Notes under the pieces: generated by a model
What the model saw: the letters and a program-made list of their open reading frames with translations, nothing else
Told to the model about the DNA's origin: nothing
The model's database searches: none
Position numbers and translations under genes: made by a program
Assembly (NCBI GenBank): GCA_051294905.1
Contig: CM119371.1
Location: forward strand, 37,016,001 to 37,080,000
Length of the DNA stretch: 64,000 bases
Direction: 5' to 3'
From: Botryllus schlosseri
Taxonomy: Eukaryota
Shown: positions 1 through 14,385 of the stretch, in pieces
How the letters are laid out: every line of letters starts with the position of its first letter
Numbering within the stretch: the first letter of the stretch is position 1

Positions 1-494
1 ACCACTGTTGTAGAGGTACGAGTCTGAGTCAAAGTCCACTGTTCAATTTTCAGTTCAATCCACTTTTTCAACTTTGCTCGAGTGAAATAGAATGTCTCGC
101 ATTGATATTAGCCCATAGTAAATTTCCTCAGTCTAATAGTTTCTGGCCCTATTCTCCAAGTATCGGGACTGATGGACGAGATACCAATAATGTGTTAACT
201 TTATTATCCTTCGAAGTTACAATGAAATGTCTGTCCTGTCCGCCCTATAGTATCGAGTCATATGACTTGGTTCGCGTCATGTACAATGACTCGAGACGAT
301 TCATTACAACCCTTGCATGTTGGCCAGCCATGAGCGAGAGTGCTTTGCAGCAAGTGTTTCACATGACATGCTGTTGTGTTTCAAATTGCCATAAATATTG
401 TGTTGCTATTGTTGCAGATTAGTTGTAGTCGTCGAGAATACGAAAGTTCTGTATTCAGGATAACGTGACTACTGATTATGACTGGTAATTGGCT

Positions 495-3400
495 ATGCTG
501 CTGCATCAGCCCTTTACAGTGGTGGTGTTTCACATAGGGCGAGCACGAGCATATACGAAAGGTGGGATTGCTGCAGAATTGACGCCCCCCTGTTCTGAAA
601 ATCCATGGTGAGTTGACGAACGCCGAGTTGTGCTATACTATTACTCGAAGTATTTTAGTTGGACATTTTCTGAATCATAATTAGCAGTTTTATAATTTCT
701 ATCAGCCCTTACCATGCAATCCAATGTACATCTCATTTATGTTTAAGCGTAGTAAGTAACGCTGCGATGATAGCAGTAAGCTAACATGAATCCACATTTT
801 GGCAATTTCACATTTCATGCATAATTTGGCTTTTGGCGCAACGACCTAATACATTGGTTCTTAAACCTTTTTGATCGCGGATCCCGTCAAGTTTTCTGGA
901 CGGTTGCGCGTAACCCCCATATGTCAGAGGCCAGAGACTGGAAGCTCATCACCTCAAACTGTATTGTCATCACCTCAAACTGTATTTAGGCTATTTTACT
1001 TTTGAAATAACATAACAAATGCCAAGATTAAGTAGTCACAGTGCAACTCACAACGTCATTCTCAGAGGATAATCTGGTTTTGTAGTTTCTTGATAATGTA
1101 ATGCCTTTTCACGTGACCCTAAAACTAGTTCGTGTGTCCCTAAGGGGCTCGTGGACCCCAGTTTGAGAAACCTGACCTTGATTTCAGTACGATTTGATAT
1201 GATTATTTGCCATTCTCATGCTTATTTGAATTTAATCTGATCTGATGAAGAACTGAACTTGATTTTGTTGTATTTCTTTCTAATGCGGGATATAGTTCAA
1301 CCACCGAGTTGTGGAGAATTCTGTGGTTCTTATTGTTATTTAATTTTGAAAAATCTGTGTAGCTACATGATATTAATTCTAATATCATTTGTAAAATCTG
1401 TCCCACTCTCCTTGCCAGCTTGCGGGACCCGTCATTCACCAACAGATTCAAACATTCATTCGGGCCGACGGGCTGATGCAGATGAAAGACGGAAATATCG
1501 TGAAAATAACGGAAGACCTCGGTCACAGAAGATATTAAGGTGTGTGCGGCTCAGTGCCTCATGAAATGAGCCCACTGCGACGACACACCACGTTCTGATT
1601 TTCCACGATCGTGGATTTTCCAGGAACGGGATCACGTCGCCAGCCCAGATATGCCTAAATTTTGTCAAAGTAGTCACAGCAGATACTTTAGTGAAAATAA
1701 AAGTAATGTTGTACATCTCTACTCAAGTACAAGAAATGATCTACATCAGTCGTTCTCAACCTTTTTCACCTTGCGGACTGGTGGATTTTCAAAAATTGAG
1801 ATGAAGCCAAAATGTAACGTATGCAAGTTTTTTTGTAATTACATGGTGCCAGAGAGTGACATTTAGAGGGTTTTATTCCTAATTATCTATCTTCATAATG
1901 GCATCCATTTGATTTCATGGCAATGAGTCTGCTGAGTCGAGGTAAAATTGGCTTGTCCAGATTGACGTGCCGCCGAATGTCGTTTACAGTCTTTCACGCC
2001 GATGGCCGTGGGTCTAACTGACCATTCCAAATTAAATAATATTCTTCACTTTGACAATATCGAGAGAAAAAGCGTTTCGGAGTCGTCCCAAGCACATTGT
2101 CGCACTACCTTGCTCGACGTAGGCTACTCTTTCAACTACGAACACATCGCGCCGCTCGATAACAGCCAGACCAGCCATCCAAAAATCCGGGCCGTAAAAG
2201 CACTTTGTCAGCCCACCCCCGAAAACGTTTGTCTTGACGCCCCACAGGGCGATAAGCTAAACTTCAGGGGGCTTCACCCCTAGACCCCACAGTTGGGTGG
2301 ATGTTTTCATCTGTACTTGTGAGCACATTCATTCTACTCAGTGTAAGCAGAGAGTTTATGTAGCTTAATCGCGCCAATATCGAAAATTTTTGAGCATTCA
2401 CGACTGAATCGACACTAAATCGCAAAAAATTTACACTAAATCGCAGAGAGCGCGAAAAGAAACTAAAAAAATGTTGGTAAACGTTTAAAAAAAAAGATGC
2501 TATGATTTATGTTCATTTTCAAAATCTTGGGCCCCTTACAAGCTCGGCCTCTCTCCAATTTGGCGGTTTGGGGTGCCCCAGTTACGGTCCTGCACAAAAC
2601 GAATGAATCGAAAACGAATGATCGCGCAAACTGCGTTGTTTAGGGATGAGCCAGCTCGTATCTGTTCTGTACTTTTCTCTCGCATGTCGTCAAATGACAA
2701 GTCTTGAACATGTATCCAGCCCTAATCTTACCTCACAAAGTTTTGAATCAGTTTAAAATTTGATGTTTTATTCATTTTATCAATGGACAAGCCTTCAACA
2801 TTGCATCTTGAAATTAAAATATAAAATTGTAATATACCTGGCAGACCGGTGGTTGAGAACCACTGATCTATACAATCAAGTTGTTGTAGTATATTCATAG
2901 TGAAATGAAACCGAATATTTTTGGCTGATACTAGTCAAGGGTAGTTGTCAGCAACTAGTAGCGAATTGTATGAATATTGTAAATCAACAATCGTATCACA
3001 AAATATGGCGTCGCCAGCTTGAAATTTCAAATAGTAGTGAAGAGAGCGCTGAAGCTCAATGGTACAAGAATTCTTTCTCATGGCACAAACGGGGTTGGCA
3101 CATTTCGATGAATCTCGCGTCTAAGGCACCCAACCACTTCTGTGTCTACAGAAGAAGGTTGTGTACCATCTAAAAATACTACATTGAGTCAGAGTTGTAA
3201 ACAAGTCACAAGTCAATCTCACTTTTATAGTTTTGACATGAGTCAAGTCGAGTCATTATGTTCACTATGCAGTTTTCAGTACAATCGGGTTCAACCCACG
3301 TTTTCGACTGTGCTCGAGTGATATGGAATGACTCGCATTCATACCATAGTAATTGTCCTCAGTCATGACCATTTCTGGCTCTAAAGTATTAGGACTGATA

Positions 3401-6400
3401 GACGAGACTTTACTATTCATCAATGTCACAATCAAAAGTCTGTCTTGGCCGTCCTAGTCTCAAGTCATATGACTTGGTTCGGGTCATGCACAATGACTCG
3501 AGTGCAAGTCGAGTCAATACAAGAATTGAGTCCAGTCATTTTATGCCGCTTATAATAACTAAAAATGTAAAGGAGCGATTTCCAAGACCTGTTAAAACTC
3601 ACGGTTGTGACAAAGTCACAAGGTTTCGGGTCACGAGTCAATTAGACTTTTATAGCTTCGTCCCGAGTCAAGTCGAGTCATTTCCAATTCACTATCGAGT
3701 CGCCGCCAAAAACTTACGGCTCGATTGAAGTCATTACAACCCTCCATTGAGTTTAAGCGCTCTCTTTGCTGTGAATATGCGAAATGTATTGCCGGTGTCA
3801 TCATATTTTGGGATACCGTACCATTGTTGATATACAAAATTCTTTCCAATGAAATTTACCCCTGACGAGTGGCAGCCGAAAATATTCGGGTTCATTTCAA
3901 TATCAGACTATTATTCAACAGTACATACTAAGTATCAGAAGTTCAGAACTGGTCACGGGACAAATATCAGTGTCTGTAGAAACAGCGATATCGGTCGGCT
4001 CCAGCCGACATTTCTCGTGAAATTCTATCGTATTTTGTCAGGTCAAGTCTCCTTTCGTCACGGAGCACCGGCGGACCAGAGAAACCCTGGCTCACAAGCT
4101 AGCCCATTCATTGGGAGGTTGCGCTGAAATGAGAAAAAGGCGTGGAAAGCCTGATTTCTGCGCGTCAACCCACACCACCCCCTGACCTGATGTGTCCGAT
4201 GGGCGGCCTTGGACAGTTGTTGATTATGGGGCTGGTACATGAGGAAGCCGCGGAGATTCTGTTCGAACAGGTTTGATTTTGTTGGTTTTCAAATTTGTGC
4301 TTTGAGGGTAGTGGTTGTCAAGTGCTGCTTTGCCAAATACGTTGCAATTATATATCTCAATTGCAAAATGCCGGGAGTTTAACATTTGCCCATTAATTAG
4401 AAAAGTGAAACGTCCAATTCTATATTGATTGAGAAATTTGGAATGCATTGCATTGATCATAGACGCCGAGTGGCGGGGTGGCCCGCGCAGCCACCCCAAA
4501 TTTGTTCTCAAAAATGCCAAATTATCTTTATTGCTATGTAGAACTGGCATTATATTCATTGTGGTAGCTTCGACGATAAATATTCGAGCTTTCCATAATT
4601 TTCATACTCACCTCAACCCTAAGCCTAACATTTGATTCAGAATCGAATCTCTATGTTGCCTTGCCCACTCCGTAATATATGTTTACGCAGCAATGATGCG
4701 AGTATGGTCCAACACAACTTGAAAGCAACCTGGGTCTTGTTTAAGACTTGTTATCTGTGAAATCTTAGGAGTCTCTGTAATACTAAATGATTAAAATTCA
4801 TTGGATTTGGACTGTGCAATTGATAGCGACATTTTACAGTATAATATTGGCTTGAAAACGGCTTAGTCGCAGTTGTTACGAATGATACTAAACTTGACTT
4901 GATGATTTTAAGCAGGAGTTTGCCATACAGACAGATATATCCAAGGAACCGTGTATAAAATGTGTAGCATCAGAAAAGTAACAGCAATTGAAATTTTGAA
5001 TATTTGCTTTACAGTTGCATACCGGTACATTGGTTGTAATTAAATTTTTTTCAATTTAGAATTACCAAGTCCTTAAAATTTGCCCCTTGCTAAATAGCCT
5101 ATAGTTGAGAACACGGTTGTAGCCAACTCATAAAGTTCCGAGTCACAAGTCAATCTCACTTTTATGGTTTTGACTCTAGTCAAGTCATTTCCAATTCACC
5201 ACCAAGTCAAGTCCAAGTCAGTGGGTAGAGGGTCGAGTCCGAGTCATAGTGCTTTGACTCGAGTCCAAGTCATTGTGTTCGCTGTTCAGTTTTGAGTTAT
5301 TGTAGTTAAAGACGAAAGAAGAAACGGTGACTCTTTTCACTTTAAAGCCTTTTGCATCACAGTTCATAATTCAATCCGGCACAAACCACGTTTTTCAACT
5401 CAGCTCGAGTGATATCGAATGGCTCGCATTAATAATATCGTAATTTTCCTCAGTCCTAACATTTTCTGGGCCGATTTTCCAGGTATCAGGACTGTTAGAC
5501 GAAATACCAATCATGTGGTGACTTCACTATTCTTCGAAGTTACAATCAATTGTCTTTATTGGCTGTCCTTGTCTCGGGTTATATAACTTGGTACAAGTCG
5601 AGTCAGTATACAAATTGACCCAAGTCGAGACATTTTATGCCTTTGAAAAAATGACTCTAGTGAAGTCGAGTCACCCAAAAATCACGAGAACCCGGGTTGA
5701 GAACCGCTGTGTTGAGTTGTGATTTCTAGTTCACTGAATCGAATCTATTTTATATTATTTCAAGACAATGACCGGTTATCGCTGCCAACTCTGGTGCTGG
5801 ACTCCATATTAAAATGCCCAGTCGACTCGAGAAAGGCTCTCGCCTCGAATCTGGTTCTGTCAAGAAATTCTGCATGTGCGATATGCTGTGTTTGGTATTT
5901 TATTGCGTTTCGTAAAGGCTGACAGAGGTCATCGTTGGCTTTCAAGTAGGCATAGTTGTGTAACTCTGTAAATAACTAGTTATGACTTGGGAGTACTTCC
6001 GTTTGGAATAGTTTCGGCCTGTTTTAAAATTCGGTGCTTGTAACCAATGTAAAGTAGCGATATCTAAGACTTGTGAAAACTATCTCAAGTGCAAGTAGAA
6101 AATGATGATTAGAAAAGAACTGCTATTGAAATATAAAACGAATGCCGTTTGTGTCTTTAATGTGGCTAAATATATTTGTTCCAGGTGGAACATTCATGCT
6201 TCCCGACTTTTCGCACAGATTGTTTTTCGAGCTCAAAGATTTGGTCGCGATCGAGGAACGCTACAAGCCTGTGAGTTATGTTTTTGTGGTCTGCAATTAC
6301 TTGTAATTACAAGAAGAGTTGAACGACTAGAAAATTTTAAGCTACTACAAATCGGACTATAAAATTGGGCATATAGCTGCATATTTTTTCAAATTAGATT

Positions 6401-8871
6401 AGAAATAGAATTACTGAATTTAAATAAACTTGAAATTGATTGGTTTTGCATTCTCAGTTGTCCAAGGGTCGGTTTCGCGTTCATAACACGCCGGTCCGCG
6501 GAAATATAGTGTCGTGGTTGGGAGCCTCTATATACGCCTCGCTGGAGACCTTTCCTCACAGATTCATAACGAAAGAATATTTTATCGAGGTGAGGGGAAC
6601 TGTCCTTTATAAGTCACGTTCGAAATCGCAAGTGTCATAGCACGGCTGTGGAGTTGGTTCACTGTACCTCAGACTCAGACATTTACAATATGCCTATTCA
6701 ACTCTGCCGCTGGAATCCGACTCCTAATATATTCTTCACTGAACTCAGACTCCAACATTCCAGCAAATCCTCTCAGGTCATTTTACGTTTGGCACATTTT
6801 TAGTTATTATTATTGAAGAGACTCTTGGAAGTACAAAACTTCATCATCGAAATCATGTATTCATATTGAAATAGTCCGTAATATTTTCGGCTGCTACTTA
6901 TCTGGGGTCAGCAGCAGCTAGTTGGAGAATTGGAAAGGACATTGTATGTCAACAATCGTATCACAAATGTTCTTTCAAATTCTCTACTAAGTTGCTGACG
7001 ATTACCGCTGATGCGTCTCATCAGCTTCAAATATTAGGGTATTTTCGATATGAATAATTGAATATACTAGGGATGGTGTGAACGTGAGGTTCACGTTCGC
7101 GTTCTGTGTGTGAACCTCGGAAATCTTGATGTTCGCGTTCACAACAGAACCTTGGTAGGTTCTGCACTGTGAACCTTTTTCTTATATTACAATTTGAACT
7201 TCATTATAACATCTTTGGTTCACATTTATTGCATTTCAACTGCGAACCACTCTATGCATGGGCTGGCAGCAAAAACAATCAACACTAAACGAGCAATTTG
7301 AGCATGCACCTTGACAATCTCAAAAATTTTACTTGCCTTGTTACAAAATTTTGCTCAAAATATCCAGCTTTCCGTTTGTGAATACACTACATCTAGTCAG
7401 GGAATGATGCTTATTCAACCAATCAGTGACATTGATATCGTTTTATGATGTACAGATCTAGCAGGCGTACGGCTCAATATTGACTTCATATGTTCCCTGC
7501 ATCATAATAAGCAAATCCGTGCAATTAGTGTGTTGGCCACTGCTGTATAACTTGTTAATGGGGTAATATCGGTAGCAAGTATAGAAACATGTTTTGTACT
7601 CTGCTCAATATCCGTGTATATTGTCCGGTCAGGCCAATACCGTTAAGGCGTAAGCTTGTATTCCCTGGCAAGTCCTCATCGAAATTGTTGGCAAAGTGAC
7701 AGAAGTTGTTGATTTTTGGCATTATTATATCATTTGATTGCCTCAGTTGACACATTTAGCGACGTTTAAAACGTCAATATATACTTCAGCATTGTGGCAT
7801 TATGTGACACGAGTCGTCGCTAGGTATTGTGTATATTACTATAGGCTATCACTTCATTGAAATATAGGGTTGAAATTAGCAATATGAGGTCACATGACGT
7901 CACGAGGTTCACGTTCGTGTTCACGCAGAACCTTTAAAAAAAGGTTCGCGTTCACACGAACCTGAACCTTTCAGAGGTTCACACCATCCCTGGAATATAC
8001 CATTCAATTGTATATTGAAGTTTTATACCTCCAAGAAGCTCTTCAAATAGTGAAGAATTGGAAGGGACTTGTATGTCAACTATCATATCACCAATATGAC
8101 GTCACATCCACAAAAATTCAAGTATTCAAGTACAACAGAGGGGTTGAGCTAAATGTACTGTTTTTAGAGTATATAACAGGATTGTAACCAAGTCACAAGT
8201 CAATATCACATTTTTGGTTTTGACTCGAATCAATTCGAGTCATTTTCAATTCACCATCGAGTCAATTCCAAGTCGGTTAGTAGATGGTCGAGTCAGAGTC
8301 ATAGTGTTTTGACTTAAGTCCGAGTCATTATGTCCACTGTTCAGTTTTCAGTACAGTCGGCTTCAACATACTTTTTTCAACTCTGCTCGAGTGATGTAGA
8401 ATGGCTCGCATTCATATTATCGTAATTTTTCTCACTCCTATCAGTTTCAGGTTCTATTTTTCGCGTAACAAGACGGATAGACTAAGACCGATATTAATGT
8501 GGTGACTTTGCTCTTCTTACAATGAAAAGTCTGTCTTGGCCGTCCTAGTCTCGAGTCATATGACTTGGTTCGAATCATGCACAATGACTCGAGTACAAGT
8601 CGAGTCAATACATAAATTTACTCGAGTCAAGTCATTTTACGTATTTGAAAAAATGACTCGAGTCAAGTCGAGTCACCAGAAAATCGTGATTCGAGTCTGT
8701 CTCAAGTCGTGTCAAAGCCTGCGATAATATAGTCTTCCCTTATTTCAGAACAAACATCGACTTCCGGATTGGTGCATATTGGATCTGCAAACTCCCGAGT
8801 TTCAGCCTGAAAAACCAGCGGAGATAAAGTCCCGCCGTAAAAGCCTGTCTTACCCGGCTCGTCCAGGCTGA
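495..8871 (+). pseudogene. ACTR10: Actin-related protein 10 (Arp11)-like spliced pseudogene, copy 1
   Basis: Exon remnants in ACTR10 order: 495-607 (MLLHQPFTVVVFHIG..AYTK.GIAAE), 1419-1539 (LAGPVIHQQIQT...EDIK), 4042-4270 (VKSPFVT...PPPDLMCPM...EEAAEILFEQ), 5764-5863 (DNDRLSLPTLVLDSILKCPVDSRKALASNLVLS), 6185-6270 (GTFMLPDFSHRLFFELKDL), 6458-6589 (FRVHNTPVRGNIVSWLGASIYASLE...TKEYFIE), 8749-8871 (NKHRLPDWC...). These resemble ACTR10 motifs as I recall them (VVIDLGEAFTK, EILFEQD..SVATLILDSL..CPID.RK.LA.NL, GGTSMLPGF, VAWLGG, R.PDWC). Lesions: 8-bp deletion in the 1419 exon relative to copy 3, a 229-bp (frameshifted) 4042 exon, and lost acceptor and donor around 5764-5863. Confidence 0.85.
7068..7992. 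mobile_element. Non-autonomous hAT-type DNA transposon (925 bp)
   Basis: Termini TAGGGATGGTGTGAAC / GTTCACACCATCCCTG. Perfect 8-bp TSD GAATATAC (7060-7067, 7993-8000). The paralogous site near 35690 is empty. Confidence 0.85.
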
Positions 8872-9738
8872 GAACGTCGTCAAGATCGAGCGTTGGGTCG
8901 GTACCAAGAAATCCCGCAGCCGTATCGGCCCTGGCTGTGTTAAAACTGGCACAAGCCGAAAAGGTGCAGGCCGAGAAGAAGTAGCCCACTCTCGTTCAAG
9001 ACAGGATTGTCGGTTGATTGTTCTGTGGAAATATTGCTGTCTATTGGTAAAAAATACAGACCGCGCCAGGGATGTTCCTGTGTCAGCCGATTGGTTTTGC
9101 GACTAGGTTTGAGCTATATCGAGTATTTGAGTATCAATAATCATGACATGACAACAGTATGAATGATGTGAAAGGTTCAAGTATCTACCTTTTATGCGAC
9201 CACTATGATAGGGTTGCGATATTTTGGGATTCGGAAAGGAGGATACTTTTTACCAGTTACAAGATTCAGTATGTCGATGATATAATTTTAAAGAGAAATT
9301 ATGTTGCTTCAACTAAAAAACTTTTCGACTCACAAAAAAGAGAAAAGGTCATATTTCCAGTCCTACTCCCGAAATACCCGCCCGAATATCCGCGGGTGTG
9401 TATTAGTGTGTATATTTCTTGAATCCAGCCTCTGGGAACAGTGGTTGTGTTTATTGTCGGAATTTTATCCCAATAAAGTGCTATATTTAACAGTGCTGGT
9501 ATTTATTGCTGATGGTGTGTGCGGGAGTGGGTCAACATTGTTCCTTAAGTAAAAGTAAGGCCATAAATTCCTACTCATTTGCAAGTAAAATCATTGGATT
9601 TAAAGACCCGACCGTCCTAACTACTTGGAAGTAGAAAGTCTGTATTCGAGTGAGTAGCTTTGGAAGTTGATCTATAGTTGGGTTCTAATAGCGCGCTGAC
9701 TTGGGTCTGGAATACTTTGCTGTCATTTGGGTACTTAG

Positions 9739-10134
9739 CAGAGATGAGCATGGATTAGGATTTGAAAATGCCGGATTTGTGAAATTTTGTCGGACCAGGA
9801 TTAGAGCTTTATTCTGAACGGATTAGGATTGGATTTATCGATTTTTTTTAGCAGATTGGCGACAAGCTATGTTCAGATCAGTTTTTATTGCACTTATGGT
9901 ACACTCGTTGCCAATGAACATGAGAGGTGCAGCCATATGCCAAGTTATCTTAAATCGAGAGGATTGTTGGTTGTGAAAGAATAATTCCACATCTTTACTG
10001 AATTTCATGTTAGAATCGGAGTAGGATTGGACAAATGGACACGGATTTGAATACACAAAAGTTCTGGATTATGATTTGAAGTTTCAGATTTTGATTGGAT
10101 TAGGACATAGAAATTCCAAATCCGCTTATCTCTA
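9739..10134. mobile_element. MITE with CAGAGATGAGC-type termini and GGATT subrepeats
   Basis: Left CAGAGATGAGCATGGATT, right AATCCGCTTATCTCTA. A related GGATC/GGACT subrepeat element ends CAGTCCGCTCATCACTG near 52315-52631. No clean TSD seen. Confidence 0.5.
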
Positions 10135-10460
10135 GAGTTTATCTATCAAATGTAAAAACCACTTGGGTATTATATGTAAACCATAAAAACATGAATGGCA
10201 ACGGTTGATTTTGCTGGTTCGTTCCGCTTCGCTGAGGCATGATTCAGAATTGTTTTGCGGCAGCGACTGCGGGATTTCTGGCAATCCAAAAGTTATCATT
10301 AGGAACGCAGAATTTACTAAATCTGACCATGACCGAAACGTACTGTCGAATCGACGGCGAAAATTTCACATTCGATAGTGTAGCATTGTAATTTACGCCT
10401 TGTCGACGGTCCGCCGTTTAGTGTTGGCTCGCGTGTTGTGATTACAATAGTTCAATATCG

Positions 10461-12268
10461 CTACAGGGTTGGTTCGATTGGTTTGAAATAAGGTCAAATT
10501 TGTTTGAAATGAGGTGAGTCTCATGTTTGAAATGAGGATAGTCATGTCAGAAATAAGGATAGTCATGTTTGAAATAAGGATAGTCGCTATATTCACTATA
10601 AAGTCAGTTGCAGTACCAGGCACAACTTCCCAGTGCTAACCCAGTCCGAATACATCCCAGACATGATGTCCGAACACGCCCCAGACACGATGTCCTAGCG
10701 TCAACACAGTCCTGACATACCCCAGACAAGATGTCCGAACACGCCCTAGACACGATGTCCGATTGGCAGCACAGGCCGAACACACCCCAGACATGATGTT
10801 CAAACACGCGCCAGACACGATGTCCGGGTATCAACACAGGCCGAACACGCCCAAGACATCGTGTCCGAATGGCAACACAGGCCAAACACACCCCAGACAT
10901 GATGTCCAAACACGCCCCAGACACGATGTCCGAGTATCAACACAGGCCGAACACGCCCAAGACACCATGTCCGAATGACAATACAGACCGAACACGCCCC
11001 AGACACGATATCCGAGTGTCAACTCAGTCCGAACACAACCCAGACACCATGTTTGAATGACCGAACACGCCCCAGACACGATGTCCGATTGGCAGCACAG
11101 GCCGAACACACCCCAGACATGATGTTCAAACACGCGTCAGACACGATGTACGAGTGTCAATACAGGCCTAACACGCCCAAGACACCATGTCTGAATGGCA
11201 ACACAGACCGAACACGCCCCAGACACGATGTCCGAACACTCCCCAGGCACGATGTCCGAACACGCGCCAGACACGATGTCCGGGTATCAACACAGGCCGA
11301 ACACGCCAAAGACACCATGTCCGAATGGCAACACAGGCCGAACACACGCCAGACATGATGTCCAAACACGCCCCAGACACGATGTCCGAGTATCAACACA
11401 GGCCGAACACGCCCAAGATACCATGTCCGAATGACAATACAGACCGAACACGCCCCAGACACGATGTCCGAGTGTCAACTCAGATCAGAAAACAACCCAG
11501 ACACCATGTTTGAATGGCCGAACATGCCCCGGACATGATGTCCAAACACCCGCCAGACACGATGTCCGACTATCCTTATTTCAAACATGACTATCCTTAT
11601 TTCTGACATGACTATCCTCATTTCAAACATGAGACTCACCTCATTTCAAACATGACTATCGTTATATCAAACATGACTATCCTTATTTCAAACACGAGAC
11701 TGACCTTATTTCAAACACGAGACTGACCTTATTTCAAACATGACTAACCTTATTAACATCGTGTCTGGGGGGGTGTTGGGACTGTGTTGCCAATCGCACA
11801 TCGTGCCTGGGCCGTGTTCCGACATCATGTCTGGGTTTTGTTCGGCCTGTGCTGTCATTCAGACATTATGTCTGGGGCGTGTCGGCCTGTGTTGACACTC
11901 GGACATCGTGTCTGCGGCGAGTTCGGACATCATGTCTGGGGCGTGTTCGGCCTGTGCTATTGCCATTCAAACATGGTGTCTGGGGCGTGTTCGGACATCA
12001 TGTCTTGGGTGTGTTAGGACTGTGTTGACGCTAGGATATCGTGTCTGGGGCGTGTTCGGACATCATGTCTGGGATGTGTTCGGACTGGGTTAGCACTGGG
12101 AAGTCGTGGCTGGTACTGCAACTGACTTTATAGTGAATATAGCGACTATCCTTATTTCAAACATGACTATCCTTATTTCTGACATGACTATCCTTATTTC
12201 AAACATGAGACTCACCTCATTTCAAACAAATCTGTCCTTATTTCAAACCAATCGAACCAACCTTCCTC
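10461..12268. mobile_element. Foldback-like element with long modular inverted repeats
   Basis: 10467 onward (GGTTGGTTCGATTGGTTTGAAATAAGG) is the reverse complement of the sequence ending 12262. The arms are built from 21-bp ATGACTATCCTTATTTCAAAC units and 24-bp CCGAACACGCCCCAGACACGATGT units. 8-bp direct repeat CAATATCG at 10453-10460 and 12269-12276. Confidence 0.8.
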
Positions 12269-13924
12269 CAATATCGTGAATATTATAGAAAATTGTCAGT
12301 CACACAGTCAGTATAGCTCAGCGCTCAGTACAGTACCACTCACGAGGAGCGTTGCTGTGATTATTTCGCAATAAGGTCAGTCTCTACGTTCAATATAAGA
12401 TCATTATGTTGACAGCAAGGTCAGTCCATGGTTGAGGGTTTATGGCATTAGGAGGAGGGTTGGGGACGAGGGTCCTATCCGGGGGTCGCTCACTACTACT
12501 ACGCTATCCCCCCTTATGACAGTAACCCATAATCTAATGACCCCATTGACCCGAGCCTCAATCCTAAGGACCCGCACCCCCAAATCTAATTACACTCACC
12601 CTTAACCGTGGACTGAAAGAATTGTGAACATAGCAGCTCAAGTGACCTTATTGTGAACGTAATCGCGCCAACCATGTAGAATAATCTGCGCGCCACGGAA
12701 ATGTTTGTTGCATGGAAGAATTAGGTTATTAAACAGAAAATTGCGTGTGAGATTGCCACTAATTCCACTCTAGCACCCACCCACCCACTGACCCACTTTT
12801 GCCTATAGAACAGGGTGTCCAAATCCAACCTTTTTTACCAAAATGCAATATTCGGTTAACGAATGATTACAAGGGCCACTTGATTATTGATGAATTTTTT
12901 GCTGTTTTTCTACATACAATGGAGCTAAGCTGCAAAAATAAATGATATGAGAAATCAGTGTGCTTCAATTTATCAGTCGCGAAAAAATGTACCTGCAAGC
13001 TAATTTCTTTCTCCGCTCAAGGGTTCCATACTCCAGTAGATGTTTTTAGTGTGACGTTTTCAAGTCCAATGCGTTAGGTACTATAACCAATAAGTGTCGC
13101 GCGTAGAAAGTTGCTACGACAATATGGATTGATCGTAAAATATGTGCCCGTCCCAGCTGACTTACAAAATTTGTCTGATATTTGGTTTCTCTGGAAAGCT
13201 TCAACAGGCCCGGGCAATTGGCCGACAAGGTAGAGTGGACGAGGGAGTTGGTGTTAGACTTGCTAAGGGTGAACCATCAATGTCATAGTGACGTTTTCCA
13301 ACCAACTGGTCATCGATTACTGTTTTACCGGGTACAATTAGGTTACCCTGTTCACCTGCTAATGGCACACCTACCTACACGTAGTTTAGTGCATATTATT
13401 TTTGATTAAATCACTAATCTTGAAAATTCAGGTGTGATTTAACTTGAAAATTCCTTGCAATGAGTCCGTGTCTAGGAAACAATTGGAAACAATTGACGCG
13501 TACATTGTGCCGCACAGTAAAAAAGAGTCCTGCAGTAAAATACTACGAAGGAGAAATTTCAGTCGCATCAACTTCACTTAATCGATGACCTTTATTGTAT
13601 TGAATTAATTTTCTTCCAATTGTGTAGCATGCAGCTGGAGCTGGTTATGAGCATACAATCATTAGATATGCATTTGCATCGACCTGTGTGCCTCATTTCG
13701 CGAGATATTATTGAAACTCAGTTTCTGGTTCTAAAAAGTTTGAGAACCACTGCATTTCACGCATTGTACTTGTTTATGAATTTGCTCTACTTCGTAGCAA
13801 CACGTCATTGATGTGTACATCAAAAAACTATCTATGCAGAAATTGGTATTTCAACATTAAGATATATTGAAATAGAAGTAGTACAGTATATGAAAAACAC
13901 TACTTGAGAGCAAGTGAAACTAGT

Positions 13925-14385
13925 AGGTTTCGACTCGAGTCGAATATTGCACTATCATTCATTATGATGCCACCAAATTGTGAATGATGCGTTAAGTTCA
14001 AATATGTGCCTTATATGCGATCACAATGAATTGAATGCCAGTTCTAAATGGCATTAAAGTTTTGGTGTTTTACGACCATGCCGATTTGATTGCACTTTGT
14101 GACGATGCTGTGAGTGATCACGACTTCACAGATATGTCATTTCATCTAACATGTTCACTGTGCAGCTTTGTACTGCCGGTTTCGTATGTTGCGATATGAA
14201 CAATCGAGATTCACAACCTTACACAGTGGAAAATTGCATCAAAAATAGAATTATCGTTCTGTTAGCGATAAGAAGGATCGAATAATTTCGGTACTCGAAC
14301 AAATCGTCTCTCACTTCTCGATTCGAATCATTAGAATTTGTGCTCAATGCAGATTCGAGTCCCCGACTCATTGTACCTTGCTGTA
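13925..14385. mobile_element. Degraded hAT-type MITE upstream of ZNF-A (same family as 48585-49099)
   Basis: Colinear similarity to the intact copy at 48585-49099. Followed by GTGATGAG (14386-14393), the same 8-mer that precedes the paralogous left end at 39343-39350. Left boundary approximate. Confidence 0.7.

Noticed and set aside
10640..11570. Repeat-spacer appearance suggesting a CRISPR array
   Set aside because: The intervening segments are themselves repeated variants, the context is eukaryotic, and no cas genes are present.
10604..12093. Many overlapping ORFs on both strands
   Set aside because: They are translations of the 24-bp minisatellite in the foldback element, with no protein-like features.
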